Assembly (NCBI GenBank): GCA_050124755.1 | Contig: JASFER010000001.1 | Span: 2,391 to 66,390, forward strand | DNA: 64,000 nucleotides | Direction of reading: 5' to 3' | From: Desulfobacteraceae bacterium | Lineage (GTDB): Bacteria; Desulfobacterota; Desulfobacteria; Desulfobacterales; Desulfosarcinaceae | Position numbers and translations under genes: made by a program | Notes under the pieces: generated by a model | What the model was told of the DNA's origin: nothing | The model's input: only the letters and a program-made list of their open reading frames with translations | Database searches by the model: none | Shown: positions 28,100 to 37,532 of the stretch, one piece after another | Numbering within the stretch: the stretch's first letter is position 1 | Layout: every line of letters starts with the position of its first letter

Positions 28100-28141
28100 C
28101 AAAACGCAACAAACCAACAGGCCACCCGCCTAGCGGGTGGC
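28100..28141 (-). terminator. Rho-independent terminator of dnaK
   Basis: A 9-bp stem GCCACCCGC/GCGGGTGGC (28121..28141) is followed on the minus strand by the T-rich CTGTTGGTTTGTTGCGTTTT. Confidence 0.65.
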
Positions 28142-28156
28142 TTGTTGAAATTAGGA

Positions 28157-30070
28157 TCAGGCCACCTCTTCAAAATCCGCATCGACAACATCATCGTCGT
28201 TGGCGGAACGGCTGCCAGCCGCGCCTGGGCCGTTGCCGGCTTGGTATCCGGCTCCGCTGCCGGGATTGTTACGGCTGTATGCCGCCTGGGCCATGGTGTG
28301 GGCGATCCGGGTCAGCTGCTCGGTGAGCTGGCGCATACGGTCGCCGTCTTCTCCCTGCATGGCGGTTTTGAGCTCAGACACTGCAGCCTCTGCCCGGCTG
28401 CGGCTTGCGGCATCCAGATGCGTGCCCATTTCCGCCATGGCTTTTTCCACGGCATAGATTTGTGCGTCGGCTGCGTTGCGGGCTTCCACCAGCTCCTTTT
28501 TCTTCCGGTCTTCAGAAGCGTGAACTTGCGCATCGCTGATCAGCCGGTCGATCTCATCCTGGGTCAGGCCGCTGGAAGCGGTGATTTGAATCGATTGAGC
28601 CCTGCCGGTGGCCGTGTCCTTGGCCGAAACGTTGACGATTCCGTTGGCATCGATGTCGAAGGTCACTTCGATTTGGGGAACCCCGCGAGGGGCCGGCTGT
28701 ATGCCCACCAACTCGAAACGCCCCAGGGTCTTGTTGTCCGCGGCCATTTCCCGCTCCCCTTGAAGCACGTGAACGGTAACCGAGGGCTGATTGTCTTCGG
28801 CCGTTGAAAAGACCTCGCTTTTCTTCGCCGGGATGGTGGTGTTTTTTTCAATCAGACGGGTCATCACCCCCCCCAGGGTTTCGATGCCCAGTGAGAGGGG
28901 GGTCACATCCAGAAGCAGCACATCTTTCAGGTCGCCTTTGAGTACGGCGCCCTGGATAGCGGCGCCCATGGCCACCACCTCGTCGGGATTGACACCTTTA
29001 TCGGGCTCCTTGCCAAAGATTGCGCGAACGCGCTGCTGAACGGCGGGCATGCGCGTCATGCCCCCCACCAGGATCACATCGTCGATCCGGTCTGCATTGA
29101 GCCCGGCATCCTTCAGCGCCGTTCTGCAAGGTCCTTCCAAACGGTCCAGCAGACCGGCGACCAGGCCTTCCAGCCGGCTGCGCGTGATTTTGATGTTCAG
29201 GTGCTTGGGGCCCGTGGCGTCCGCGGTGATAAAAGGCAGGTTCACCTCGGTCTCCATGGTGGTGGAGAGCTCCATCTTGGCTTTTTCGGCGGCCTCTTTC
29301 AGGCGCTGGAGGGCCATGGGATCTTTGCGCAGATCAACCCCCTGATCCCTTTTGAACGCGTCGGCAAGGTCGTCGATCAGGCGCAGGTCAAAATCCTCCC
29401 CCCCCAGGTGGGTGTCGCCGTTGGTGGATTTGACCTCGAATACACCATCGCCGATTTCCAGAATGGAGACGTCGAAGGTGCCGCCCCCCAGATCGAAAAC
29501 CGCCACCTTGCCTTCGGTGCGCTTATCCAGACCATAAGCCAAAGCGGCGGCCGTGGGTTCGTTGATGATCCGCCGGACGTTCAGTCCGGCAATTTTGCCG
29601 GCGTCTTTGGTCGCCTGGCGCTGGCTGTCGTCAAAATAGGCCGGCACGGTGATGACCGCGTCGGTCACCTTTTCCCCCAGATACGCTTCGGCCGCTTTGC
29701 GCAAGGCCGATAGAATCTGGGCCGAAATCTCGGCCGGGCTGTAAGATTTGCCGTTGAGATGGATGTGGGCATCACCGTTGGCCGCCGCTTCGATCTTATA
29801 GGGCAAAATTTCGCGGTCATTGCGGACCTGGGATGAATCGTACTTGCGCCCGATCAGCCGTTTTACGCCGAATACGGTGTTCTCGGGATTGGTGACCGCC
29901 TGGCGTTTGGCGATCTGACCCACCAGCCGTTCACCACTGTTTGAAATGGCGTAAATGGATGGCGTGGTCCGCCCGCCCTCAGGATTGGTGATCACCTTGG
30001 CTTCACCATTATCCATGATGGCCACACAAGAATTGGTGGTTCCCAAATCAATTCCAATAATCTTTCCCAT
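28157..30070 (-). CDS. dnaK: Molecular chaperone DnaK (Hsp70)
   Basis: [27 protein letters not shown] and [11 protein letters not shown] are present. The start was chosen at M20 of the track ORF. No grpE or dnaJ gene is adjacent. Confidence 0.95.
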   Translation of the reverse strand: MGKIIGIDLGTTNSCVAIMDNGEAKVITNPEGGRTTPSIYAISNSGERLVGQIAKRQAVTNPENTVFGVKRLIGRKYDSSQVRNDREILPYKIEAAANGDAHIHLNGKSYSPAEISAQILSALRKAAEAYLGEKVTDAVITVPAYFDDSQRQATKDAGKIAGLNVRRIINEPTAAALAYGLDKRTEGKVAVFDLGGGTFDVSILEIGDGVFEVKSTNGDTHLGGEDFDLRLIDDLADAFKRDQGVDLRKDPMALQRLKEAAEKAKMELSTTMETEVNLPFITADATGPKHLNIKITRSRLEGLVAGLLDRLEGPCRTALKDAGLNADRIDDVILVGGMTRMPAVQQRVRAIFGKEPDKGVNPDEVVAMGAAIQGAVLKGDLKDVLLLDVTPLSLGIETLGGVMTRLIEKNTTIPAKKSEVFSTAEDNQPSVTVHVLQGEREMAADNKTLGRFELVGIQPAPRGVPQIEVTFDIDANGIVNVSAKDTATGRAQSIQITASSGLTQDEIDRLISDAQVHASEDRKKKELVEARNAADAQIYAVEKAMAEMGTHLDAASRSRAEAAVSELKTAMQGEDGDRMRQLTEQLTRIAHTMAQAAYSRNNPGSGAGYQAGNGPGAAGSRSANDDDVVDADFEEVA

Positions 30071-30204
30071 CGTTGTGTCTCCCTTTAAAAAAAGTTGTTT
30101 ATGCTGCTGTTGGCTGTCTTTTATCAAGCCAGTCTATTACTAAAAATCATACATTTAAATAGTAATGCATTAATTAATCATGTAAAGATGGCGGGGCCAC
30201 TTTA

Positions 30205-30409
30205 TTGCATAAAAAAACCTGGTCTTCAGGGCCAGGTCTGATGCCATTGGTTTTGCCTTCTAATCAGGGTTCGGGGCGTATAACCTTATTGAAAGATGAA
30301 CATCGAACGCCCAACGTCGAACATCCAATGATGAGATCGCTTCGCTCCGCCATCTTATCAATCGACAGAATACCATGTTGGACGTTGGACGTTGGACGTT
30401 CGATGTTCA
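30205..30409 (+). repeat. Palindromic intergenic element, copy B (the most complete copy)
   Basis: The flank with its terminator hairpin spans 30205..30240. The left arm (30297..30328) and right arm (30378..30409) are complementary at 29/32 positions. The right arm is TTGGACG x3 followed by TTCGATGTTCA. The core is 49 nt (30329..30377). Confidence 0.85.
30211..30240 (-). terminator. Rho-independent terminator (minus strand) forming the distal end of element copy B
   Basis: The minus strand reads CAGACCTGGCCCTGAAGACCAGGTTTTTTT, an 8-bp stem followed by U7. It lies downstream of the ATPase gene that ends at 30524. Confidence 0.7.
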
Positions 30410-30523
30410 AGGTTTACCCAAGATATCACCCATCCCCTTACAGGGGTTCAATCAAAGCCGGGTCCTTGGGACCCGGCTTTTTACTCTTGGTTTGATGAGA
30501 TTGAGATGGCTGGCCGGAGGGGC

Positions 30524-32926
30524 TTAGTCTTGGGGCACGGTGCGGCAGTGGGGGCAGAATCGCCAATCGTCGACCATGAATTTGCCGCACTTTTTGCACA
30601 GTCTGGTCACCGAAGCACCGCAATACGGGCAATAGGGATAGCGTTCTTCGAGAATGCTGTCGCAGTGCTCACAGGGAATTTCTATGGTGTTCTGGGGGCC
30701 GAATACCCGCAGCACTTCCTCACACGTGGTCATGCCGGCTTCAACCTTTCGAATGGCATCGTCCAGCAAGGTGGTCATGCCTGATTGCCGGGCTGAGCGC
30801 ATCAGCTCGGTTTCCGATGCATTGCTCCTGATCATGCGGCGCATCTCACTGTCCACAAGGAAGATTTCAAAGATGCCCAGGCGTCCTTTGTAGCCGCTGT
30901 CATGGCATTTTCGACATCCCGCGCCTTTTTGAGCTTTGATTTCGCGGTTATAAATTTTCAAGGCGTGGCGAACATGGGGCGGGGGCTCATCGTCGGTTTT
31001 GCAATGGGGACAAATGCGGCGAACCAATCGTTGGGCGATAATGCCGATCATGGCATCGGCGATCACATAGGATTTAATGCCCATGTCCAGCAGCCTGGTA
31101 ATGGAAGCAATGGCGCTGTTGGTGTGCAACGTGCTTAGCACCAGGTGGCCGGTCAAGGCTGCGTGAAAGGCCACCTCAGCGGTTTCAAAGTCGCGGATTT
31201 CACCCAGCATGATCACATTGGGATCCTGCCTCAAAATGGAACGCAACACCATGGAAAAGCTGAGACCGATCTTGTCTTTGACACTAACCTGCTCAGCCAT
31301 GTTCATGTAATATTCCACCGGATCTTCGATGGTGGTAAAATTTTTGGTAATCTTGGCGCCTTTGCGCAACAGCGAATACAGCGTGCTGGTTTTGCCGCTG
31401 CCTGTCGGGCCGGTGGTGAGTACGATGCCCTGGGGCATGTCGATGATGCGCATGGCTTTTTTAAGGTCTGCTTCTACGAGTCCGATATCGGCGACATCCC
31501 GAATGGCGGCGTTCTTATCCAGAATGCGAAAGACCACTTTTTCGCCGTTGATGGTGGGAAGGGTGGAGATGCGCATATCCACCATGCGCGAGGAGGTTTT
31601 GACGGTGATGCGCCCGTCCTGGGGCCGCCGTCGTTCGGCAATATCCAGGTCGCTCATGATTTTGATGCGCGATACCATGGGCATGTGTATATGCACGGGG
31701 ATATGCAGTTTGTCTTCCAGTAAGTCATCAATGCGATAGCGCACCATGGTATACTTGGTTTTGGGCTCGATATGGACATCAGAGGCCCCGTGCCGCAACG
31801 CATCGGAGATGATGGCGTTGACGATACGAATTGCAGGCGGTTGTTCCGTTGCTTTGAGGAGATCACCCAGGTCGGTGTGCTCATCATCTTCTTCAATGAT
31901 GATTTCAATGGTCTCGGTGGGGTCATCGATATCGATTTCTCCAACGACCTGTTCGAGTTGATCCTCTTCGCCGTAGATATCGGTCAATTTTTGGATGATC
32001 TCCTTTTGTGTCGCCACAACCGGTTGAACGGTCAGGCCGGTGATAAATTTGAGATCATCCAGCTTATTAAAGTCCGTGGGATCGGCCATGGCAACAATCA
32101 GCGTGCTGCCGGTCTTTTTGAGCGGCACCAAAATGTTCTTCTCGCAGACTTCTTTGGGGATCAATGCCGCCAGTGCTTCGGATACATTGAATTCATTTGG
32201 AGAAACGCGATGGATGCGACATGCGTTCTCGATCACTTTCAGTATGGTGGCTTCGTCCACCGCATCCATGTCCGCTAAAATTTTGGGCAACACTTTGTGG
32301 GTGCTTTTTTGAATACGCAACGCTTTATCCAACGCCTGTTGTTGAATATGGCCCTGGCGTACCAGGTGATTGCCCAGATGACTGTGGTGCGCATTGAGGA
32401 ACCGGCTCAGGCGCTTGAGCTCATTCTTCTGAGCGGATGTTTTCTGTTTCAGGGCTTTGTTCTCCTGAATCAGGTCGTACTGTTCCAAAGCCAGGCTCAC
32501 AGTTAATCGCAGGTCTTCGTCGTTCCAGGGTTTGGTAATAAATTTATAGACAGCGCCGTCGTTCACCGCCCCCATCACCGCATTCACATCCGCATAGCCG
32601 GTGAGCATGATACGAATGGTGGCCGGGTAGCGCTTTTTGACTTCCCGAAGCAAATCCGTACCGTTCATACCGGGCATGCGATGGTCGGAGATGACCACCT
32701 GAACCGGGTTTTCAGCCATAACGGACAGCGCTTGTGGTGCTGATTCGGCGGTCAGCAATCCATAGTTTTCCTGGCGGAAAATGCGCAGCATGGCCCTGAG
32801 AACGTGGGGTTCATCATCGACAAACAGAATCTGATATTTTTTGGGGGCAGCACCGGTCTGATCTTCATCCGAAACCGCCGGGGCGTCATGATCTTTATTT
32901 AAAAATAATGCGGCTAATCGCGACAT
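30524..32926 (-). CDS. REC-fused GspE/PilB-family secretion ATPase: REC + MshEN-like/T2SSE_N domain + AAA ATPase + C-terminal double zinc ribbon
   Basis: The REC domain has FVDDE, VVISDHRMPGMNG and KPWNDEDL. An MshEN-like motif is HLGNHLVRQGHIQQQALDKALRIQ. The Walker A is GPTGSGKTST, and the GspE tetracysteine is CPHC...CRKC. An extra tail reads CEHC..CPYC..CKKC..CPHC. Confidence 0.85.
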   Translation of the reverse strand: MSRLAALFLNKDHDAPAVSDEDQTGAAPKKYQILFVDDEPHVLRAMLRIFRQENYGLLTAESAPQALSVMAENPVQVVISDHRMPGMNGTDLLREVKKRYPATIRIMLTGYADVNAVMGAVNDGAVYKFITKPWNDEDLRLTVSLALEQYDLIQENKALKQKTSAQKNELKRLSRFLNAHHSHLGNHLVRQGHIQQQALDKALRIQKSTHKVLPKILADMDAVDEATILKVIENACRIHRVSPNEFNVSEALAALIPKEVCEKNILVPLKKTGSTLIVAMADPTDFNKLDDLKFITGLTVQPVVATQKEIIQKLTDIYGEEDQLEQVVGEIDIDDPTETIEIIIEEDDEHTDLGDLLKATEQPPAIRIVNAIISDALRHGASDVHIEPKTKYTMVRYRIDDLLEDKLHIPVHIHMPMVSRIKIMSDLDIAERRRPQDGRITVKTSSRMVDMRISTLPTINGEKVVFRILDKNAAIRDVADIGLVEADLKKAMRIIDMPQGIVLTTGPTGSGKTSTLYSLLRKGAKITKNFTTIEDPVEYYMNMAEQVSVKDKIGLSFSMVLRSILRQDPNVIMLGEIRDFETAEVAFHAALTGHLVLSTLHTNSAIASITRLLDMGIKSYVIADAMIGIIAQRLVRRICPHCKTDDEPPPHVRHALKIYNREIKAQKGAGCRKCHDSGYKGRLGIFEIFLVDSEMRRMIRSNASETELMRSARQSGMTTLLDDAIRKVEAGMTTCEEVLRVFGPQNTIEIPCEHCDSILEERYPYCPYCGASVTRLCKKCGKFMVDDWRFCPHCRTVPQD

Positions 32927-32928
32927 AT

Positions 32929-34335
32929 TTACCCCTTTGCCGCCGGCAGGTGAACCGTAAAGCGGCTGCCTTTGCCGGATTCGCTCTGCACCTTGATTTG
33001 TCCTGCATGCTTTGCAATCAGCTGATAGACCAAGTGGAGTCCCAGACCCGTCCCTTGCCCCACGGCTTTGGTTGTGAAAAAAGGATCAAATATTTTGGCC
33101 ATGTTTTCCGCGGCAATTCCGGTGCCTGTATCTATAATGCCGACAGCCACGCGGTCATTGGCGGTTCGGGTAGTGATCTCCAAGGTCCCCTCAGCGTCCA
33201 TGGCCTCGAGTGCGTTGACAATGAGGTTGAACCACACCTGGCTGATCTCTTGCGGGTATCCGATGATCATGGGGACCGGATGAAAGACCCTGTTGACCGA
33301 AATTCCGGGGGCCACGCGATTTTGAACGATGGTCAAGACAGCATCAATGCTTTCATGGACATTGATGGGTTCTTGCTGGTATTCGCCGGGACGTGCCGCC
33401 GTTTTTAAATCCTGAACGATTTTTTGGATGCGCTTGGCGCCGGTGAGGGACTCGGATATCAGGACGGGCAGGTCGGCCAGCAAGAACGCTCCATCCAGTT
33501 CGTTTTCTTTGGCTTCAATGGTTTTGCATTGGGATCGAATGGCCGATAAACATCCATTGTGGGCGTCATCGCCGCAAAGCGCCGTCAGATGCCGGTATTG
33601 TTGCATCAGGGCGTCAAGGTCATCCCCGTAATCCTTCAACGTGTTCAGGTTGCTGAGAATAAAGCCCAATGGATTGTTGATTTCATGAGCCATACCGGCC
33701 GACAATTGACCGATGGCGGCCATCTTCTCCTGTTGCATCATATGGGCGTGGGCGATTCGAATCTCTTCGGTTTTGTTTTGAACTTCAATTTCAAGATTAG
33801 CGGACAGGTTGCGGTATTTCTCTTCAGATCGGGCAAGCTGTTCCGCCTTGTTTTTAATTTCCGCATAAGATTCTTCCACCACTAAGCCGTGCAGGCCGGA
33901 TGTCAGCATGGTCTGATGTTTCAGGCGTATCAGCTGTTTGAGTAAATTTGCGCCGGCGCGGCTCTTTTCAATGATTCGCTCTTGAGCGTTGTCTGGAACG
34001 CGGACAGCCATGTACCCCATTACTTCCAACTCATATTCTATGGGAAGGAGCAGGAAGCGCACACCGTTACCCATTTTGATGGTCGTTTGGCCTTCCGGCC
34101 GGTCTTGCATAATTTTGGTTTCGAGTTTATCGGTCTGGCCGTGGCGCCAGGGTCCGAATTGATCGTGTATCGTGCCGTTTGCGGTATATAGCGCCCATTG
34201 CTCCGGCAGCAGCGGCGACAATTCATGGGTGATGCGCTCCAGCAAATCCTTGGGCAGCAGTTCACTGATTTGATACTCGCGATCAAAAGGCTCGACCTCG
34301 ATATGTTCACTTACAAAAGACGTCATCTTTATCAC
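32929..34335 (-). CDS. Cytoplasmic sensor histidine kinase with an uncharacterised N-terminal domain of about 170 aa, a coiled coil, HisKA and HATPase
   Basis: H-box GMAHEINNPLGFI, N-box NLIVNALEAM and G-boxes DTGTGI and GTGLGL are present. No TM segment is evident. A 2-nt gap separates it from the downstream ATPase gene. Confidence 0.85.
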   Translation of the reverse strand: MIKMTSFVSEHIEVEPFDREYQISELLPKDLLERITHELSPLLPEQWALYTANGTIHDQFGPWRHGQTDKLETKIMQDRPEGQTTIKMGNGVRFLLLPIEYELEVMGYMAVRVPDNAQERIIEKSRAGANLLKQLIRLKHQTMLTSGLHGLVVEESYAEIKNKAEQLARSEEKYRNLSANLEIEVQNKTEEIRIAHAHMMQQEKMAAIGQLSAGMAHEINNPLGFILSNLNTLKDYGDDLDALMQQYRHLTALCGDDAHNGCLSAIRSQCKTIEAKENELDGAFLLADLPVLISESLTGAKRIQKIVQDLKTAARPGEYQQEPINVHESIDAVLTIVQNRVAPGISVNRVFHPVPMIIGYPQEISQVWFNLIVNALEAMDAEGTLEITTRTANDRVAVGIIDTGTGIAAENMAKIFDPFFTTKAVGQGTGLGLHLVYQLIAKHAGQIKVQSESGKGSRFTVHLPAAKG

Positions 34336-34343
34336 TCTGACGG

Positions 34344-34994
34344 TTATGGCTGCGGCGCAATGACGGACAGGAACTTTTCTTCCGTCAGTCCGTGCCGATC
34401 AGCCAGATCATAGCTTTGATCAAGTATTTTAAACATGCTTTTCAATGCCTGTACGAATGTCTGTCGCACACCACGGCCGTAAAGGGCGCTGCCGAACACC
34501 AGCGGGAGCCCCGTCGGTTTCCAGCGGCTGAGCACTTCGTCTTCGCTGACGATATGATTCAGATCCCGCTTATTGAATTGGATCACCAGCGGCAGGTTCA
34601 AGAAATCAAGTCCCACCCGTCCGGCATTTTTTTCCAGGTTGTCAAAGCTCTCAAAGTTGCTGATGGCTTGATTGATCTGAGAATCGGCAACAAAAATGAC
34701 GCCGTCCGCTCTGGACAGCACCGCTTTGCGCGTGGCGTCATGGGCCACCTGTCCAGGCACGGTGTATAATTTGATTTTAACCTTCAGCCCGTTGTTGCCT
34801 TTTATCAGCAGCGGCAGAAAATCGAAAAACAGCGTCCGGTCCCCCTTGGTTTCGAAAGCCATGAAGTCCCCGCAATGTTCGGCCTTCAGCATGTCGTGCA
34901 GTCGCATCAGGTTTGTGGTTTTGCCGCTAAGCGCAGGGCCGTAATACACGATCTTTGCCGTCAGACGATTTGCTTTGGAATCAAATTCGGCCAT
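34344..34994 (-). CDS. MglA-type Ras-like small GTPase
   Basis: G1 is GPALSGKTT, the MglA-specific G3 is LYTVPGQV, G4 is FNKRD, and RTLFFDFLPL is present. The start was chosen at M28 of the track ORF (after GGAAAG). An 8-nt gap separates it from the kinase gene. Confidence 0.8.
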   Translation of the reverse strand: MAEFDSKANRLTAKIVYYGPALSGKTTNLMRLHDMLKAEHCGDFMAFETKGDRTLFFDFLPLLIKGNNGLKVKIKLYTVPGQVAHDATRKAVLSRADGVIFVADSQINQAISNFESFDNLEKNAGRVGLDFLNLPLVIQFNKRDLNHIVSEDEVLSRWKPTGLPLVFGSALYGRGVRQTFVQALKSMFKILDQSYDLADRHGLTEEKFLSVIAPQP

Positions 34995-35280
34995 TTGTAT
35001 TCTTTCCACTTTTCTTGTGGGCCGGAACTGTTTTTCAGGTCGTAGGCAATTAAGGCATTTTTCACAAGGATGCATCAGGTTCGCTGTTTCCGCCCGCGGT
35101 AGCGATCTTCATACATCTATATTGGTCGTTCACGGTAAAGACTTTAACAATGAACTTGAAATAGACGGCCTGCGGTTTTGAAATCAGTGCTTAAGATTTG
35201 CCGCAAGGAGACGATGATATTGAAAGACAATTATTTACTTTTTACAGACTTCAGAAATAAAACAGCAGGAGTTATGGCGC

Positions 35281-35784
35281 ATGCATCTTCACTCAATACT
35301 CATCGTGGATGACGAGCGTATGATTCTTAAGGCGATACAACGCACTTTACGTCATGAAAAGTATAATCTCATAACTGCCGACAGCCCGCAAGAGGGGCTC
35401 AGGTTGCTGGAAGGTCGTGATTTTGACATGGTGATCAGCGATCACAACATGCCGCAGATGACCGGCTTGGAGTTTTTGAAAAGAGTCAAGGCCGATCACC
35501 CCGGCACCCTGACGATCATGCTCACGGGACAGAAGGAGATTGAAGTCGCCGTACAGGCCATCAACCTGGCCGGGGTTTACAAATTCATTATGAAGCCTTG
35601 GGATGACGATGATCTTAAAATTACGATCCGGCGGGCTTTAGAGTCGTTGGATTTGGTGCGTGAACGCGACACCTTGACCGAACGCATTAAAGAGCGCGAC
35701 GCCATCTTGCGCAATTTGGAAAAAGCGCATCCGGGAATCACGCAAGTGGACAAGGATGAAGAAGGCTATCTGATCTTGGAGTAA
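35281..35784 (+). CDS. Stand-alone response regulator (REC plus a coiled-coil tail of about 45 aa)
   Basis: Motifs IVDDE, MVISDHNMPQMTG and YKFIMKPWDDDDL are present. Confidence 0.85.
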   Translation: MHLHSILIVDDERMILKAIQRTLRHEKYNLITADSPQEGLRLLEGRDFDMVISDHNMPQMTGLEFLKRVKADHPGTLTIMLTGQKEIEVAVQAINLAGVYKFIMKPWDDDDLKITIRRALESLDLVRERDTLTERIKERDAILRNLEKAHPGITQVDKDEEGYLILE

Positions 35785-35798
35785 AAGATGAGAATACA

Positions 35799-36614
35799 CT
35801 AGGGCATCAGCGTTATGATAACGCCTTTCCCGTTGAATTTTCCCGACAAAGGTACGATCGTTGCGTTGTAATCTGATGCCTGTCGGGTTTTACCTTCATG
35901 CAGGACTTGTTGTCCTGTGTCCATGGCTTTTGATACGGCTCCCATCACATCCGACTCAAAATATTGGCTGAGCGGTACACCGATTTTCATGCTTGTGCCG
36001 TTCACGATGCTTTTGGCCATCTCGTTGGCCAGCACAATAACACCGTCATTGTCAACGCCCAGTACGGCAATCGGCATTTTCTCAAGAATCGCATCCGATA
36101 ACTCCAAGGCGTGGTTTTTGATTGCGATTTCCCTTGTTCGCGCTGCAACCGCATCTTCGAGTTTGTCATTGATCTGTCGCAGCTCCCGGTTCTGCCGAAT
36201 GACGGTTTCATCCAGATGCCGGTTGGCTTTGATCAAATCGTACTGGTCCAACGCCTGTCGAATTTCTAGTTTAAGATTATGGTCATTCCAAGGTTTGAGA
36301 AAAAACTTGTAAATATGGCCTTTATTGATCGATTCGGTGATCGTATCCACTTCCGTGTAACCGGTTAAAATAACGCGCAGCATATCCGGATACTTCTCTT
36401 TCACTGCAGCCATAAGTTCGGTGCCGCTCATCTCAGGCATGCGTTGATCCGAAATAATCAGATGAACTTCATTTTCCTCAAGCAGCTTAAAGGCCTCCTC
36501 CGTGCTGGAGGTCAATAACAAATGATAGTTCTCTTTGCGCAGCAGGCGTCTCAGCGCCTGCAAAATACTGGGTTCATCATCTACGCAGAGGATGGTGTGT
36601 CGAATCTCGCCCAT
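35799..36614 (-). CDS. Response regulator, REC + coiled coil + PAS-like domain
   Basis: Motifs CVDDE, LIISDQRMPEMSG and YKFFLKPWNDHNL are present. The C-terminal region MPIAVLGVDNDGVIVLANEMA is PAS-like. Confidence 0.8.
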   Translation of the reverse strand: MGEIRHTILCVDDEPSILQALRRLLRKENYHLLLTSSTEEAFKLLEENEVHLIISDQRMPEMSGTELMAAVKEKYPDMLRVILTGYTEVDTITESINKGHIYKFFLKPWNDHNLKLEIRQALDQYDLIKANRHLDETVIRQNRELRQINDKLEDAVAARTREIAIKNHALELSDAILEKMPIAVLGVDNDGVIVLANEMAKSIVNGTSMKIGVPLSQYFESDVMGAVSKAMDTGQQVLHEGKTRQASDYNATIVPLSGKFNGKGVIITLMP

Positions 36615-36620
36615 TGTTGA

Positions 36621-37532
36621 TTATTCCTCCATCAGTATTTGACACGCCTGTTTGATATCATCCTTTAATTCGGGGATCCATTGATCGGCTGAAGTGATTT
36701 GGTGCTTCAGCAGCCGACGCGCGCCGACGCTGATCGGTGGCCATTCCTTGGCTGGTGAACCGTTTTCCAAATAGACATGCGACAGCGCATCCGCCGCGTG
36801 TACGATGTACACCAGGTTGTCCGCGGAACCATTTGAGGTGCATGTGTGATGGCCGCCGATAACGCTGGGCATGGGATCGGGCAGATGCCATCGTCTGGCC
36901 AGTTGGGCGCCGAGATCCGTATGATTCAATGGAAAGTGGCGATGTTCGGCTTCCCAGAAAGTGAGTTGCTGGCCAAGCATTGTTTCCCACACCGCCTGAA
37001 ACCGGTCGCTAAAATAGTGGGCCATGACGATTTTGCCGATATCATGAATGATTCCGGCGGTGAATACTTCTTCACGATAGTGGTGGCCGGTCTGCTGATC
37101 CAGATATTTGCTGATCACGGCAACACCGATGGCATGGCGCCAAAACTCCCATATATCGAATCCTTTTATTGTCTTATTCATTTTCAGAGCATTGATCACA
37201 TCAATGGATAGGACAGCGTTGCGCACCGTATTGAAGCCGAGCAGCATCAAGGCGTGTTGCACACTGGAAACCCTGGAATTTAAGCCGAAAAAGGCTGAAT
37301 TGACCAGCTTCAACATCTTGGTCACAATCGATTGATCATATTGGATGATTTCAGCCACATCCTGGGCAGGCATGTTGATGTCCTGCAGGGTGCGGCTGAG
37401 TTTCATGGCCACTGTGGAAAGGGTGGGCAACTCGTGAACCGCATCGAGTTGCCGCAGGAATTTTTCTGCGCTTAACGCCTTTTCGCTTGCAGCGGCATCG
37501 TGGATATTGCTGATCCCGGTTTGAGGTGTCAT
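36621..37532 (-). CDS. HDOD domain protein
   Basis: Motifs LPTLSTVAMKL and IIHDIGKIV and the overall HDOD layout are present. Its ATG overlaps the stop of the upstream REC-HD-GYP gene by 4 nt. Confidence 0.8.
   Translation of the reverse strand: MTPQTGISNIHDAAASEKALSAEKFLRQLDAVHELPTLSTVAMKLSRTLQDINMPAQDVAEIIQYDQSIVTKMLKLVNSAFFGLNSRVSSVQHALMLLGFNTVRNAVLSIDVINALKMNKTIKGFDIWEFWRHAIGVAVISKYLDQQTGHHYREEVFTAGIIHDIGKIVMAHYFSDRFQAVWETMLGQQLTFWEAEHRHFPLNHTDLGAQLARRWHLPDPMPSVIGGHHTCTSNGSADNLVYIVHAADALSHVYLENGSPAKEWPPISVGARRLLKHQITSADQWIPELKDDIKQACQILMEE

Noticed and set aside
30071-30204. The dnaK upstream region was scanned for a CIRCE operator and a sigma32 promoter.
   Set aside because: No TTAGCACTC-N9-GAGTGCTAA inverted repeat is present. 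A CTTGATAA -35-like box exists, but the -10 (CAGCATAA) matches CCCCATNT poorly. No feature is reported.
30378-30409. TTGGACG x3 tandem units and similar arrays, considered as a possible CRISPR array or satellite.
   Set aside because: The units are 7 nt with no spacers, and they form one arm of a hairpin element. No cas genes are present, so this is not a CRISPR array.
35188-35203. A possible sigma54 promoter upstream of the MglA-type operon (minus strand cGGCAAatcttaAGCAc, with correct GG/GC spacing).
   Set aside because: The -12 element reads AAGCA, so the conserved TTGC thymines are missing, and the -24 element is only GGCA. The match is too weak to call without data.
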